63,641 bases of DNA from an uncultured Bacteroides sp. (GCA_964646395.1 CAZYEM010000001.1:1-63641), one strand, 5' to 3'; counted from the stretch's first letter, positions 1 to 6,919 are shown. Numbers and translations are program-made. Notes: a model not told the origin generated them from the letters alone.

Positions 1-55
1 GTGGTCAGGTCAGGCAGTTGTATGTATGTGGTTAGGGGGATGTGTTGGTATTGGT
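1..55. repeat. Left terminal inverted repeat (55 bp), exact reverse complement of 63587..63641
   Basis: Reverse-complementing the last 55 nt reproduces nt 1-55 exactly. Identity breaks at nt 56-57. By my count the top strand has 24 G, 20 T, 8 A and 3 C (80% G+T, 49% G+C), unlike the AT-rich interior. Confidence 0.9.
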
Positions 56-98
56 TAGAATGTGATAAGCGGTAATATAACTTGATGAATGGTAGCTT

Positions 99-134
99 AT
101 TATTTTGCGGTATCAAAATTACGTCTTATCTTTG
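99..134 (+). promoter_or_regulatory. Bacteroidota-type early promoter (conserved 21-nt box with -33 TTTG, plus -7 TATCTTTG)
   Basis: TTTG at 104-107, a 19-nt spacer, then TAnnTTTG (TATCTTTG) at 127-134. The 21-nt box ATTATTTTGC[G/A]GTATCAAAAT at 99-119 recurs at 3819-3839. The first ORF follows 34 nt downstream. Confidence 0.55.
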
Positions 135-167
135 TGTTATATTAATTAATCAAAATATTAAAAAGAC

Positions 168-377
168 ATGAAAAACATTTTTAAAATCAATTATGACGGA
201 ATGTACTCAAGTATTGAAGAAATAAGCCCAATTAACTTGCTAGGAGAGACAATAAAATTTGACAACTACAATTATTTTCCGACCAAAGTAAAAGCAAAAA
301 AACAATTGATACAAGAATTGACAAACCGAATGAACCATTTAAAGGAAGCTATTAAATATATTAAACAATCATATTAA
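168..377 (+). CDS. hypothetical early protein (69 aa), first gene after the left end
   Basis: ATG ORF directly downstream of the promoter box and followed by a hairpin terminator. No recognisable motif. Confidence 0.55.
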   Translation: MKNIFKINYDGMYSSIEEISPINLLGETIKFDNYNYFPTKVKAKKQLIQELTNRMNHLKEAIKYIKQSY

Positions 378-382
378 TAAAA

Positions 383-408
383 GGGGCTTGAAATATAGCC
401 CCACTTTT
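383..408 (+). terminator. intrinsic terminator-like hairpin
   Basis: GGGGCT (383-388), an 8-nt loop, AGCCCC (397-402), then ACTTTT. It lies 6 nt after the stop codon of 168..377. Confidence 0.5.
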
Positions 409-444
409 AAAAACCTCAATTTGCTTAAACAAAATAAAACAACA

Positions 445-1020
445 ATGAAAAACACAACTACAACAATCGCAAGAAACTCAAGTTACTTTAACCCTTATTT
501 TTTTGAAGGGAAACAAATTAGCCGTTTAGTATTTTTTAAGGACGGCAATGAACTTGCTAGGGTTAATTGGTTTACGTTAAACGTATCAAATAACCGAGTG
601 CCATTAATTGATTTTGAAACCCCTATTTTGAACAAAAGAAAAATAGACTTAAATACAAAGCAAGTTTACTATTTTTCGGGTAATATATATATTCACGCCG
701 ATATCGTGGAATTTAAATTCGTGGAAAGCGAAACCATTGATATGGAAAACGAATATAGAATAAGACACAAATTTCAAATAAATGTACTTTGTCAAATTGA
801 AGAAGGTTACATTAATGAACAAGAGCAATACCGCACAAGATTGACAGACCTACAAAAGCGAGATTTAGTAGAAAGCTATGCCGTAGATTTTGAACCTAAA
901 CCGCAACAAATTCAAGCAAATAAATTAGCAGAAGAATTTAAAAGCGTTTTAAATGTAGATATAAGCAAATACGATATTTATAAGCTACTAAACAAGTACC
1001 AAATCATTAATAAAATATAA
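445..1020 (+). CDS. hypothetical early protein (191 aa from the ATG at 445)
   Basis: The ORF-track start at 388 is a TTG inside the terminator hairpin. The first in-frame ATG is at 445 (MKNTTTT...). Confidence 0.55.
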   Translation: MKNTTTTIARNSSYFNPYFFEGKQISRLVFFKDGNELARVNWFTLNVSNNRVPLIDFETPILNKRKIDLNTKQVYYFSGNIYIHADIVEFKFVESETIDMENEYRIRHKFQINVLCQIEEGYINEQEQYRTRLTDLQKRDLVESYAVDFEPKPQQIQANKLAEEFKSVLNVDISKYDIYKLLNKYQIINKI

Positions 1021-1036
1021 ACCCCAAAGGACGTTT

Positions 1037-1064
1037 GGCGGTAACGTATAACCGCCCATTTTTT
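1037..1064 (+). terminator. rho-independent terminator
   Basis: GGCGGT (1037-1042), an 8-nt loop, ACCGCC (1051-1056), then CATTTTTT. It lies 17 nt after the stop at 1020. Confidence 0.6.
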
Positions 1065-1082
1065 AAATTTAAATCTAATCAA

Positions 1083-1373
1083 ATGCAAGTAAAAGTAAAA
1101 TTTTTGTACCACGAAGGAAATAGCGACCTATATGCCTATTTTCCAGAATTAAATTGGAACAACACCTCAAAGAGATGCTATTCGGGTAATGAACAACACG
1201 CCGGATGCAGTCCTTTCTATGCAATGGAAAGTAGAGAAGCCACGAAAGATGAATGTAGAAGCCTAAAAATTGAGTTAATTCATATCGGTTACCAATTGGA
1301 TATACTTAATAATTGGGACGAGCCAACGCAATTTGAAAGAGATATAAACGAAATTTATTTTAATATTATTTAA
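1083..1373 (+). CDS. hypothetical early protein (96 aa from the ATG at 1083)
   Basis: The ORF-track TTG start at 1035 overlaps the terminator hairpin. The in-frame ATG at 1083 (MQVKVKF...) is more plausible. Confidence 0.5.
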   Translation: MQVKVKFLYHEGNSDLYAYFPELNWNNTSKRCYSGNEQHAGCSPFYAMESREATKDECRSLKIELIHIGYQLDILNNWDEPTQFERDINEIYFNII

Positions 1374-1385
1374 AAATTTAATACA

Positions 1386-1577
1386 ATGAAAAAATATTCA
1401 CTTTGGACGATTGAACACGAAAGTGTTTATATGGTAATGGCATATAAAGTAAAAGACACCAATAGCAGTAAAGAAGTAGATAAATGGCTAGATGAAAGTC
1501 TTGACAATGGTGCATCCTTTTATAGAGAAGAAAACGAAGTAAATGCAAATTATATTCAATTATTTCAAAATTATTAA
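1386..1577 (+). CDS. hypothetical early protein (63 aa)
   Basis: ATG ORF, co-oriented and tightly packed with its neighbours. Confidence 0.45.
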   Translation: MKKYSLWTIEHESVYMVMAYKVKDTNSSKEVDKWLDESLDNGASFYREENEVNANYIQLFQNY

Positions 1578-1578
1578 T

Positions 1579-1743
1579 ATGAAAAATAAACTATACAAAA
1601 TAGCTTTTTATATCCTTTGCTTTATGCTCGGATGCCTGATATTAATTAGCTTGGCAATGCCTGAAAATGGCAAAATATATGCCGTAATTATAGCCATAAT
1701 ATCGGTAACTTTTTTAACAATATTAAAATTTGATGAAAATTAA
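1579..1743 (+). CDS. small membrane protein (54 aa, two hydrophobic helices)
   Basis: The ATG at 1579 lies 1 nt after the upstream stop. The sequence MKNKLYKIAFYILCFMLGCLILISLAM...YAVIIAIISVTFLTIL has two TM-like segments. Confidence 0.45.
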   Translation: MKNKLYKIAFYILCFMLGCLILISLAMPENGKIYAVIIAIISVTFLTILKFDEN

Positions 1744-1785
1744 TTTGCTTAATCAAAATAATATAATTAACTTTAATTTGCTATA

Positions 1786-1941
1786 ATGAAAAAGACCGAC
1801 CACATACGCAACCAAATTAGGGCAATAGAACGCCAAATTACGCTAGGCAAATTTAAAAACATATATGCCACGCAAAACAAGTTAAAAACCCTTAAAATAA
1901 GGCTAGAACAGGCAAAACAATATGAATTTTTAGCACAATAA
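1786..1941 (+). CDS. hypothetical small basic protein (51 aa)
   Basis: Hand-translated ORF MKKTDHIRNQIRAIERQITLGKFKN...EFLAQ, below the track cutoff. It fills an otherwise empty gap in the operon. Confidence 0.35.
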   Translation: MKKTDHIRNQIRAIERQITLGKFKNIYATQNKLKTLKIRLEQAKQYEFLAQ

Positions 1942-1968
1942 TTATAAACAAAAAAACAAACAAATCTT

Positions 1969-2469
1969 ATGAAAATTGAATTAAAAAACTTTAAACACTA
2001 TGACCGATTGAGTGAAGAAACTTTATGCTTTGTCGGTAACATTTGGGTAAATGGGATTAAATGTGGATATGCCGAAAATTCGGGTAAAGGTGGATGCAGT
2101 AGTTACCACCACGAAGGAACTGAAATAAGCAGGGAACTAATTAGAGATGCAGAAGGATTTTGTGAATCTAATGGAACTACCTTATGGGATTTTTTAGACC
2201 AATTAGCTTGTGAAATAGCATCCAAAAAAGAAAAGGATGCCATTGCTAAAAAACTAAATAAAGAGATGCAGAAAGCTATTTTAATAGGGATTGATAATGG
2301 CAGTGAAATTGCATACCAAACAATAACCTTTAAATTACCATTGAGAGATATGTGGGAAAAACACCCCGATTTTTTCAAAAAAACTTTGGTTGAAAAACTT
2401 GACAAGTACAAGCCTAAAGGATATAAGCTACTTAATACTAACATACCACAACAATTTTTAAACTTTTAA
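1969..2469 (+). CDS. hypothetical early protein (166 aa)
   Basis: ATG ORF, co-oriented with the operon. No motif recognised. Confidence 0.55.
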   Translation: MKIELKNFKHYDRLSEETLCFVGNIWVNGIKCGYAENSGKGGCSSYHHEGTEISRELIRDAEGFCESNGTTLWDFLDQLACEIASKKEKDAIAKKLNKEMQKAILIGIDNGSEIAYQTITFKLPLRDMWEKHPDFFKKTLVEKLDKYKPKGYKLLNTNIPQQFLNF

Positions 2470-2479
2470 ATTAAATTTT

Positions 2480-2653
2480 ATGCAACAAAAATTTCTTACA
2501 ATTTATCCTGATGATTTCAGGAATATAAACGATTGGTATGCAGTATGCGACCAATTAAAAATTGATTACAACGCCCTTGTAATTGATATTTACTACAATA
2601 AAGTGGTATATGAAACACAAAAAGAAACTAACATTTTAGAACAATTAAATTAA
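2480..2653 (+). CDS. hypothetical small protein (57 aa)
   Basis: Hand-translated ORF (MQQKFLTIYPDDFRNINDWYAV...). It is preceded by the same TTAAATTTTATG leader seen before 2659, 2956 and 3228. Confidence 0.35.
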   Translation: MQQKFLTIYPDDFRNINDWYAVCDQLKIDYNALVIDIYYNKVVYETQKETNILEQLN

Positions 2654-2658
2654 ATTTT

Positions 2659-2949
2659 ATGAACGATTACAACGCAACATTATTACAAGATGAACAACGC
2701 TACGAAATGAAGAAAGAATTTAAACTTGAAAGAACTTATGATGCCTATATTACTATTGAAATAGTTGAAAGGAATGGCAGGTACTATGCAGAAGTAGATA
2801 GAAATATAGACGATTTATGGCAAGAAAATGATGAATATGAATGTTGGATTGATGAACCTGATAATTTAATGACTGAAGAAAATTTGAATGAAGAAGAATA
2901 TGATGCAATCATTGAAACATTTATACAATATCTTAAAACTAAAAAATAA
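2659..2949 (+). CDS. highly acidic early protein (96 aa), DNA-mimic candidate
   Basis: By my count 27 D/E against 11 K/R residues. It has acidic runs such as NLMTEENLNEEEYD. Confidence 0.5.
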   Translation: MNDYNATLLQDEQRYEMKKEFKLERTYDAYITIEIVERNGRYYAEVDRNIDDLWQENDEYECWIDEPDNLMTEENLNEEEYDAIIETFIQYLKTKK

Positions 2950-2955
2950 AAATTT

Positions 2956-3216
2956 ATGAGATTTAATTTAACATTTGAAAGCCACACAAATTTAACACCA
3001 ACTTGCAAAACTTATATTAAAAACAATATAAATCCAACATTTTGGAATGATGATGAAGAAGTATATTCTTTATCATATACCCTTGAAATGCTTGAAGAAG
3101 AAATTGCATTAAACTTTGGAAACGAAATTTTTGGAATAACCAACAACGACATTGATTTGCTTAAAAAATTAAGTGATGAAAATGTAGATTATATAACCTT
3201 ATACAATAAACTATAA
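2956..3216 (+). CDS. acidic hypothetical early protein (86 aa)
   Basis: ATG ORF, co-oriented, with acidic stretches (WNDDEEVY, LEMLEEE). Confidence 0.5.
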   Translation: MRFNLTFESHTNLTPTCKTYIKNNINPTFWNDDEEVYSLSYTLEMLEEEIALNFGNEIFGITNNDIDLLKKLSDENVDYITLYNKL

Positions 3217-3227
3217 AACTAAATTTT

Positions 3228-3806
3228 ATGCCAAATTGGTGCAGTAACACCCTACAAATTAGTGGGGACAAAGAACAACTTGAAATGTTCAAGCAAAAGT
3301 CAATCATTAAAAGTGGAATGGATGTAGATATATTTGTTATGGACGGATGTATCCCTATGCCCAAAGAACTTAATACAATGGAAGGGATAAGTGATGAAGT
3401 AAAAGCCGAAAGGATACAAAAATATGGCTATTGTGGTTGGTACGATTGGCGATATCATAATTGGGGAACAAGAACGGATGCACACGATAGCGAAATAATA
3501 GAAGAAGATGAAAATGGTATGTCTATTGTTTTTACAACCTCTTGGTGCAGTCCGATAGATTATGTTGAAAAAGTAGCTTTGATGTATCCCGACCTTATTT
3601 TTGACCTCTATTATATGGAAACAGGTGAATGGTTTGCCGGAAGATTAACCGCCAAAGGTGAGCATATAAACCACGAAGTAGGTGAGCCAAAAATGGTAGA
3701 CGAATGGGGAAACGAAGTCGAATATGATGATGAAAAAGATATGTACAAACGTATGGATGCCGAAGAATGGACGGAAGATGCCTATGAAATTAACCCATTT
3801 GAATAA
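3228..3806 (+). CDS. DUF1281 / Api92-like ferredoxin-domain family protein
   Basis: The N-terminus is MPNWCSN. The motifs GWYDWRYHNWGTRTDA and FTTSWCSP match the MPNWC...WY.W...NWGTKWDA...F.TAWSPP pattern I recall for this plasmid/phage family. Confidence 0.55.
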   Translation: MPNWCSNTLQISGDKEQLEMFKQKSIIKSGMDVDIFVMDGCIPMPKELNTMEGISDEVKAERIQKYGYCGWYDWRYHNWGTRTDAHDSEIIEEDENGMSIVFTTSWCSPIDYVEKVALMYPDLIFDLYYMETGEWFAGRLTAKGEHINHEVGEPKMVDEWGNEVEYDDEKDMYKRMDAEEWTEDAYEINPFE

Positions 3807-3818
3807 TAATTAAATTAA

Positions 3819-3854
3819 ATTATTTTGCAGTATCAAAATAGTTTTATACTTTTA
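3819..3854 (+). promoter_or_regulatory. second copy of the early promoter box (-33 TTTG, -7 TACTTTTA)
   Basis: The 21-nt box ATTATTTTGCAGTATCAAAAT at 3819-3839 matches 99-119 at 20 of 21 positions. TTTG is at 3824-3827, followed by a 19-nt spacer and TACTTTTA at 3847-3854. The ATG at 3874 follows. Confidence 0.5.
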
Positions 3855-3873
3855 AATTCTAAAACATTAACAA

Positions 3874-4455
3874 ATGAACAACACAACAAACTTGTTTGCA
3901 ACCGCAACAAAAGTAAAAGAAACAATTAAAAAGACCGACAAGAAGGTCATTAAAGCGCCTTTACTAACCGATAAGGTTAAAAGGTATGCAGAACTTAAAC
4001 AAGCTATTGACACCGCAACGGGAGAGCTTAAAATGATTGAAGGCGACATTAAAAATGTAGGCAAAGACTTGTTTATGAAAGAATATAGACAAGTAAAAAG
4101 CACACCTGATAATTTTAAGATACAAGATGAAGCCGGTTTTACTTGTATGTTTATAGTAATGGATAAGTACACTAGTGTAGATGAAACTAAAGCGGGTATT
4201 TTAAGCCAATTTGAAGGGTTATTATCCGAGAATGTAGTTTACAAGTTCAATGCCGACCTAGTTGAGAAATATGGCGCAGTATTGAGTGAATTGATACTTA
4301 ATTGTCCTGATATTGAAGAAGAAGATAAAGGTAACCTGATTAGTGGAGAAAAGACTTTTTCAGTAACTAAAGGAAGTATTGACCGCCTGATGCAGTATGA
4401 TAGTCCTGAAGCAGTATTTGAATTAATTAACCCTATTGTAGCACTTAAAAAATAA
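3874..4455 (+). CDS. hypothetical protein (193 aa)
   Basis: ATG ORF directly downstream of the second promoter box. No motif recognised. Confidence 0.55.
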   Translation: MNNTTNLFATATKVKETIKKTDKKVIKAPLLTDKVKRYAELKQAIDTATGELKMIEGDIKNVGKDLFMKEYRQVKSTPDNFKIQDEAGFTCMFIVMDKYTSVDETKAGILSQFEGLLSENVVYKFNADLVEKYGAVLSELILNCPDIEEEDKGNLISGEKTFSVTKGSIDRLMQYDSPEAVFELINPIVALKK

Positions 4456-4459
4456 AGTT

Positions 4460-4627
4460 ATGCTTATAAATACTTGTTGTGGATATGGAAGCCATATAGC
4501 ACACGAACTATGCCCTGATTGTAAAGAACATTGCGATTGGGAAGTAATTGATAGTGAGGAATGGGAATTGCGAGATGAAGCAGAAAATCAAATTGATGAA
4601 TTATTAATAAACTCAAAAAATAACTAA
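4460..4627 (+). CDS. small Cys-rich protein (55 aa), possible zinc ribbon
   Basis: Hand-translated as MLINTCCGYGSHIAHELCPDCKEHCDWEV..., with a CC...CxxCxxxC pattern. Confidence 0.35.
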   Translation: MLINTCCGYGSHIAHELCPDCKEHCDWEVIDSEEWELRDEAENQIDELLINSKNN

Positions 4628-4629
4628 AA

Positions 4630-4827
4630 ATGAAAGTTAAAGAATTAATACAAGCGCTTTATGAATTTAATGATGACGATTATGTTGTATTGTCCGCTTG
4701 TGATGAAAATGGGGATGAAACCGACCTATTTAATTTCTACATTGATACACTTGCAAGTGAAGATATGGACGGTATACCATTTACCGAAGTAAGAATATGT
4801 CAATTACCTAACCAAAAAATAGATTAA
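4630..4827 (+). CDS. acidic hypothetical protein (65 aa)
   Basis: ATG ORF 3 nt after the upstream stop. It is rich in D/E (FNDDDYVV, CDENGDETD). Confidence 0.45.
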   Translation: MKVKELIQALYEFNDDDYVVLSACDENGDETDLFNFYIDTLASEDMDGIPFTEVRICQLPNQKID

Positions 4828-4829
4828 AA

Positions 4830-4982
4830 ATGAACGAATTAACTAAAAGGGAATTTATTGCTACGGAACTAATGAAAGCATTAATATCAAAGTACACGTT
4901 AAATAAACCAGCAGACCAAGTAACCCTTGCTGAATTGTCTATTCAATTAGCAGATACATTGTTAAACCAATTAAATGATTAA
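4830..4982 (+). CDS. hypothetical small protein (50 aa)
   Basis: Hand-translated as MNELTKREFIATELMKALISKYTLNKPADQ.... It fills the gap between flanking ORFs. Confidence 0.3.
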   Translation: MNELTKREFIATELMKALISKYTLNKPADQVTLAELSIQLADTLLNQLND

Positions 4983-4984
4983 TT

Positions 4985-5218
4985 ATGCCTGAAGTAACTA
5001 AAACAAGAATGTTAAGAGAAACTATGTATCATATGTTTAAGAATGATACTTTGCCATACCTTGATATGGAAGATTTTATCCTAATGTGGGAAACATTAGC
5101 AGATAGTTGGAATGTCCGTATGATTGATAACAATTGGGAAGATTTTGCTGAAGAAATCAATAGTCAAGCATCCAATAGAGAATCTGTTTTTAATGAAATT
5201 TTTGACAAATATTTTTAA
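4985..5218 (+). CDS. acidic hypothetical protein (77 aa)
   Basis: ATG ORF, co-oriented with the operon. Confidence 0.45.
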   Translation: MPEVTKTRMLRETMYHMFKNDTLPYLDMEDFILMWETLADSWNVRMIDNNWEDFAEEINSQASNRESVFNEIFDKYF

Positions 5219-5219
5219 T

Positions 5220-5879
5220 ATGATACCATACTTGAATTTTAATTACATATATCCACCAAGACCTGAATTTAAAATACCGCACACCGAATTGCATAAATTT
5301 GAAGGTCAGGAGTACCTAGCACAACCAAAGTACAATGGAACTTGTTGCCTTGTTTTTACCAATGGAGATGATGTTTATGTATATAATAGGCATAAGAATC
5401 CATTAAGTAATTTAGATGTAAACATTGAATTTAACCAATTAGCTAAAACTAACCAATGGTATGTCTATGCGGGAGAATATTTAAACAAAGGAAAGATAGG
5501 TGAAAATGGAATTAAAGAGAAAGACAAATTTATTATATGGGATGTCCTTGTATGGCAAGATATGTACCTGATAGGTGAAACCCTTGCAGATAGACTGATA
5601 CTACTTGAAGAAGAATACCCGTCAAATAGAATGATAGTTACACCTGAAGGAGTAGAAAGCTATGAACATATATGTTTTACCAATATAGATAACATATACA
5701 AAGCCCCAACATATACGGGTGGATTTACTAAACTATATAATGAAATAGTAGAGGTAGACCTATATGAAGGATTGGTGCTTAAAAAAGCACACTCTAAACT
5801 AAATTTTGGCTTTAACGAATTAAACAACAACGATTGGCAAGTAAAATGCCGTAAAGAAACTAAAATATATAAATTTTAA
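5220..5879 (+). CDS. ATP-dependent nucleic-acid ligase, nucleotidyltransferase domain only (219 aa)
   Basis: Motif I is AQPKYNGT (the KxxG adenylation lysine). Motif III is VYAGEYL. FIIWDVL is also present. Motif IV is EGLVLKK and a motif V-like WQVKCRK follows. The ATG at 5220 avoids overlap with 4985..5218. The protein is too short to hold an OB domain. Confidence 0.7.
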   Translation: MIPYLNFNYIYPPRPEFKIPHTELHKFEGQEYLAQPKYNGTCCLVFTNGDDVYVYNRHKNPLSNLDVNIEFNQLAKTNQWYVYAGEYLNKGKIGENGIKEKDKFIIWDVLVWQDMYLIGETLADRLILLEEEYPSNRMIVTPEGVESYEHICFTNIDNIYKAPTYTGGFTKLYNEIVEVDLYEGLVLKKAHSKLNFGFNELNNNDWQVKCRKETKIYKF

Positions 5880-5882
5880 AAT

Positions 5883-6065
5883 GTGTTAAAAAAAATATTT
5901 GCCTTATTTAAACAAGACGAGTACACAAAATCAATTAAAAACAACCTAAAACAAATAGACAAAAAGATAGCAAGATCAAAAAATTATGATGAAATAGTAT
6001 CATTAACTAAAGAATATAACTTGCTACAAAAAAAATTAAAGCAGTATGAAAACCAAACAAATTAG
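5883..6065 (+). CDS. hypothetical protein (60 aa, GTG start)
   Basis: ORF with a non-ATG start. It is lysine-rich and helical. Confidence 0.3.
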   Translation: MLKKIFALFKQDEYTKSIKNNLKQIDKKIARSKNYDEIVSLTKEYNLLQKKLKQYENQTN

Positions 6066-6249
6066 CCTACAAGAGTATGCAGACAAAGTAGATAGAGATT
6101 ATTTTAGACTAAACAAAAAGAACCCTTATGAAAAAATAACCCAACAAGCAATCAAATACCGAATTAAAACAGGTTTGCCATTGCCAGAAGTTATAAAGCA
6201 TAATAAAGTAGGTAGAATTCATGTATTAGTCGTAAGACATGATTTTTAA
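6046..6249 (+). CDS. hypothetical protein, possible small DNA-binding protein (67 aa)
   Basis: ATG ORF. The stretch ITQQAIKYRIKTGLPLPEV weakly resembles an excisionase/MerR-type HTH. Confidence 0.4.
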   Translation: MKTKQISLQEYADKVDRDYFRLNKKNPYEKITQQAIKYRIKTGLPLPEVIKHNKVGRIHVLVVRHDF

Positions 6250-6267
6250 ACAAACTAAATAACCCAA

Positions 6268-6498
6268 ATGGAAACACAAACTATTAGAGAATTACCAGCT
6301 TTTGAAAGACAATTGCTATTGGCTAGAGTATATCATTTTTCTTGGTATTCGGATGAAGCGTATGCTGAATTATTAGAGTACATTAACAAATGGGAAAATG
6401 AATGTGAAGTAAAAGCAATACTTGCTCAACCTGAGGAACAAACGGAAGAAGAAAAAGAAGCAATGAAAGAAATTATTAGTAAAATTAAAACAATTTAA
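6268..6498 (+). CDS. acidic hypothetical protein (76 aa)
   Basis: ATG ORF with an EEQTEEEKEAMKE tract. Confidence 0.45.
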   Translation: METQTIRELPAFERQLLLARVYHFSWYSDEAYAELLEYINKWENECEVKAILAQPEEQTEEEKEAMKEIISKIKTI

Positions 6499-6499
6499 A

Positions 6500-6610
6500 A
6501 TGTATTTACCTGAATGGCTAGAAATTATAGTTAAAATAATGATTTTTGCACTTTGTATAGTAGCAAATAAATATATTTATCAACTTATTAAAATTTTTAA
6601 AAATGATTAA
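6500..6610 (+). CDS. mini-ORF, single-pass membrane peptide (36 aa)
   Basis: Hand-translated as MYLPEWLEIIVKIMIFALCIVANKYIYQLIKIFKND. The start lies 2 nt after the upstream stop. Confidence 0.35.
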   Translation: MYLPEWLEIIVKIMIFALCIVANKYIYQLIKIFKND

Positions 6611-6725
6611 AGAAACACTTATTTTCATATATGAATTATTATATTTTATTTTAATATCCCTTCCGTTAGCTATAACTATTTATTTAATTGCAATAACTAT
6701 AAGTAAATTTAAAAAAAATGTATGA
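6603..6725 (+). CDS. mini-ORF, membrane peptide (40 aa)
   Basis: Hand-translated as MIKETLIFIYELLYFILISLPLAITIYLIAITISKFKKNV. Its start overlaps the previous stop (AATGATTAA). Confidence 0.35.
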   Translation: MIKETLIFIYELLYFILISLPLAITIYLIAITISKFKKNV

Positions 6726-6855
6726 ACTGAAACAGTCCACAATACTTGAATGTGAAATTGAAGTATTAAGAGAAAAAATTAAAAAACTTAACCAAGAAAT
6801 TAAAGAATTAAAAGAAAAGATATGCGAAAGAGAACAACAAAAAATGGCAAATTAG
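6718..6855 (+). CDS. mini-ORF, coiled-coil peptide (45 aa)
   Basis: Hand-translated as MYELKQSTILECEIEVLREKIKKLNQEIKELKEKICEREQQKMAN. Its start overlaps the previous stop (AATGTATGA). Confidence 0.35.
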   Translation: MYELKQSTILECEIEVLREKIKKLNQEIKELKEKICEREQQKMAN

Positions 6856-6919
6856 TCGTTTCTGCTAATAGCAATGAACAACAGAAAGTAAAGTTTTACG
6901 ATAAGAAAGCAATAAAAAA

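Noticed and set aside
388-444. TTG-initiated N-terminal extensions proposed by the ORF track (388 for the second gene; likewise 1035..1082 for the third).
   Set aside because: Both alternative starts fall inside terminator hairpins of the preceding gene. In-frame ATGs with A/T-rich leaders follow at 445 and 1083.
2103-4172. Minus-strand ORFs inside the rightward early block (2103..2444, 2784..3008, 3161..3364, 3300..3485, 3867..4172).
   Set aside because: They are antisense to a continuous operon of better-supported genes. They are Leu/Ile/Ser/Phe-rich as expected from AT-rich antisense frames, and they have no promoters or motifs.
5124-5219. A 5-prime extension of the ligase ORF overlapping 4985..5218.
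   Set aside because: The extension has no ligase motifs and overlaps a well-placed ORF by 95 nt. The ATG at 5220 sits 2 nt after that ORF's stop.
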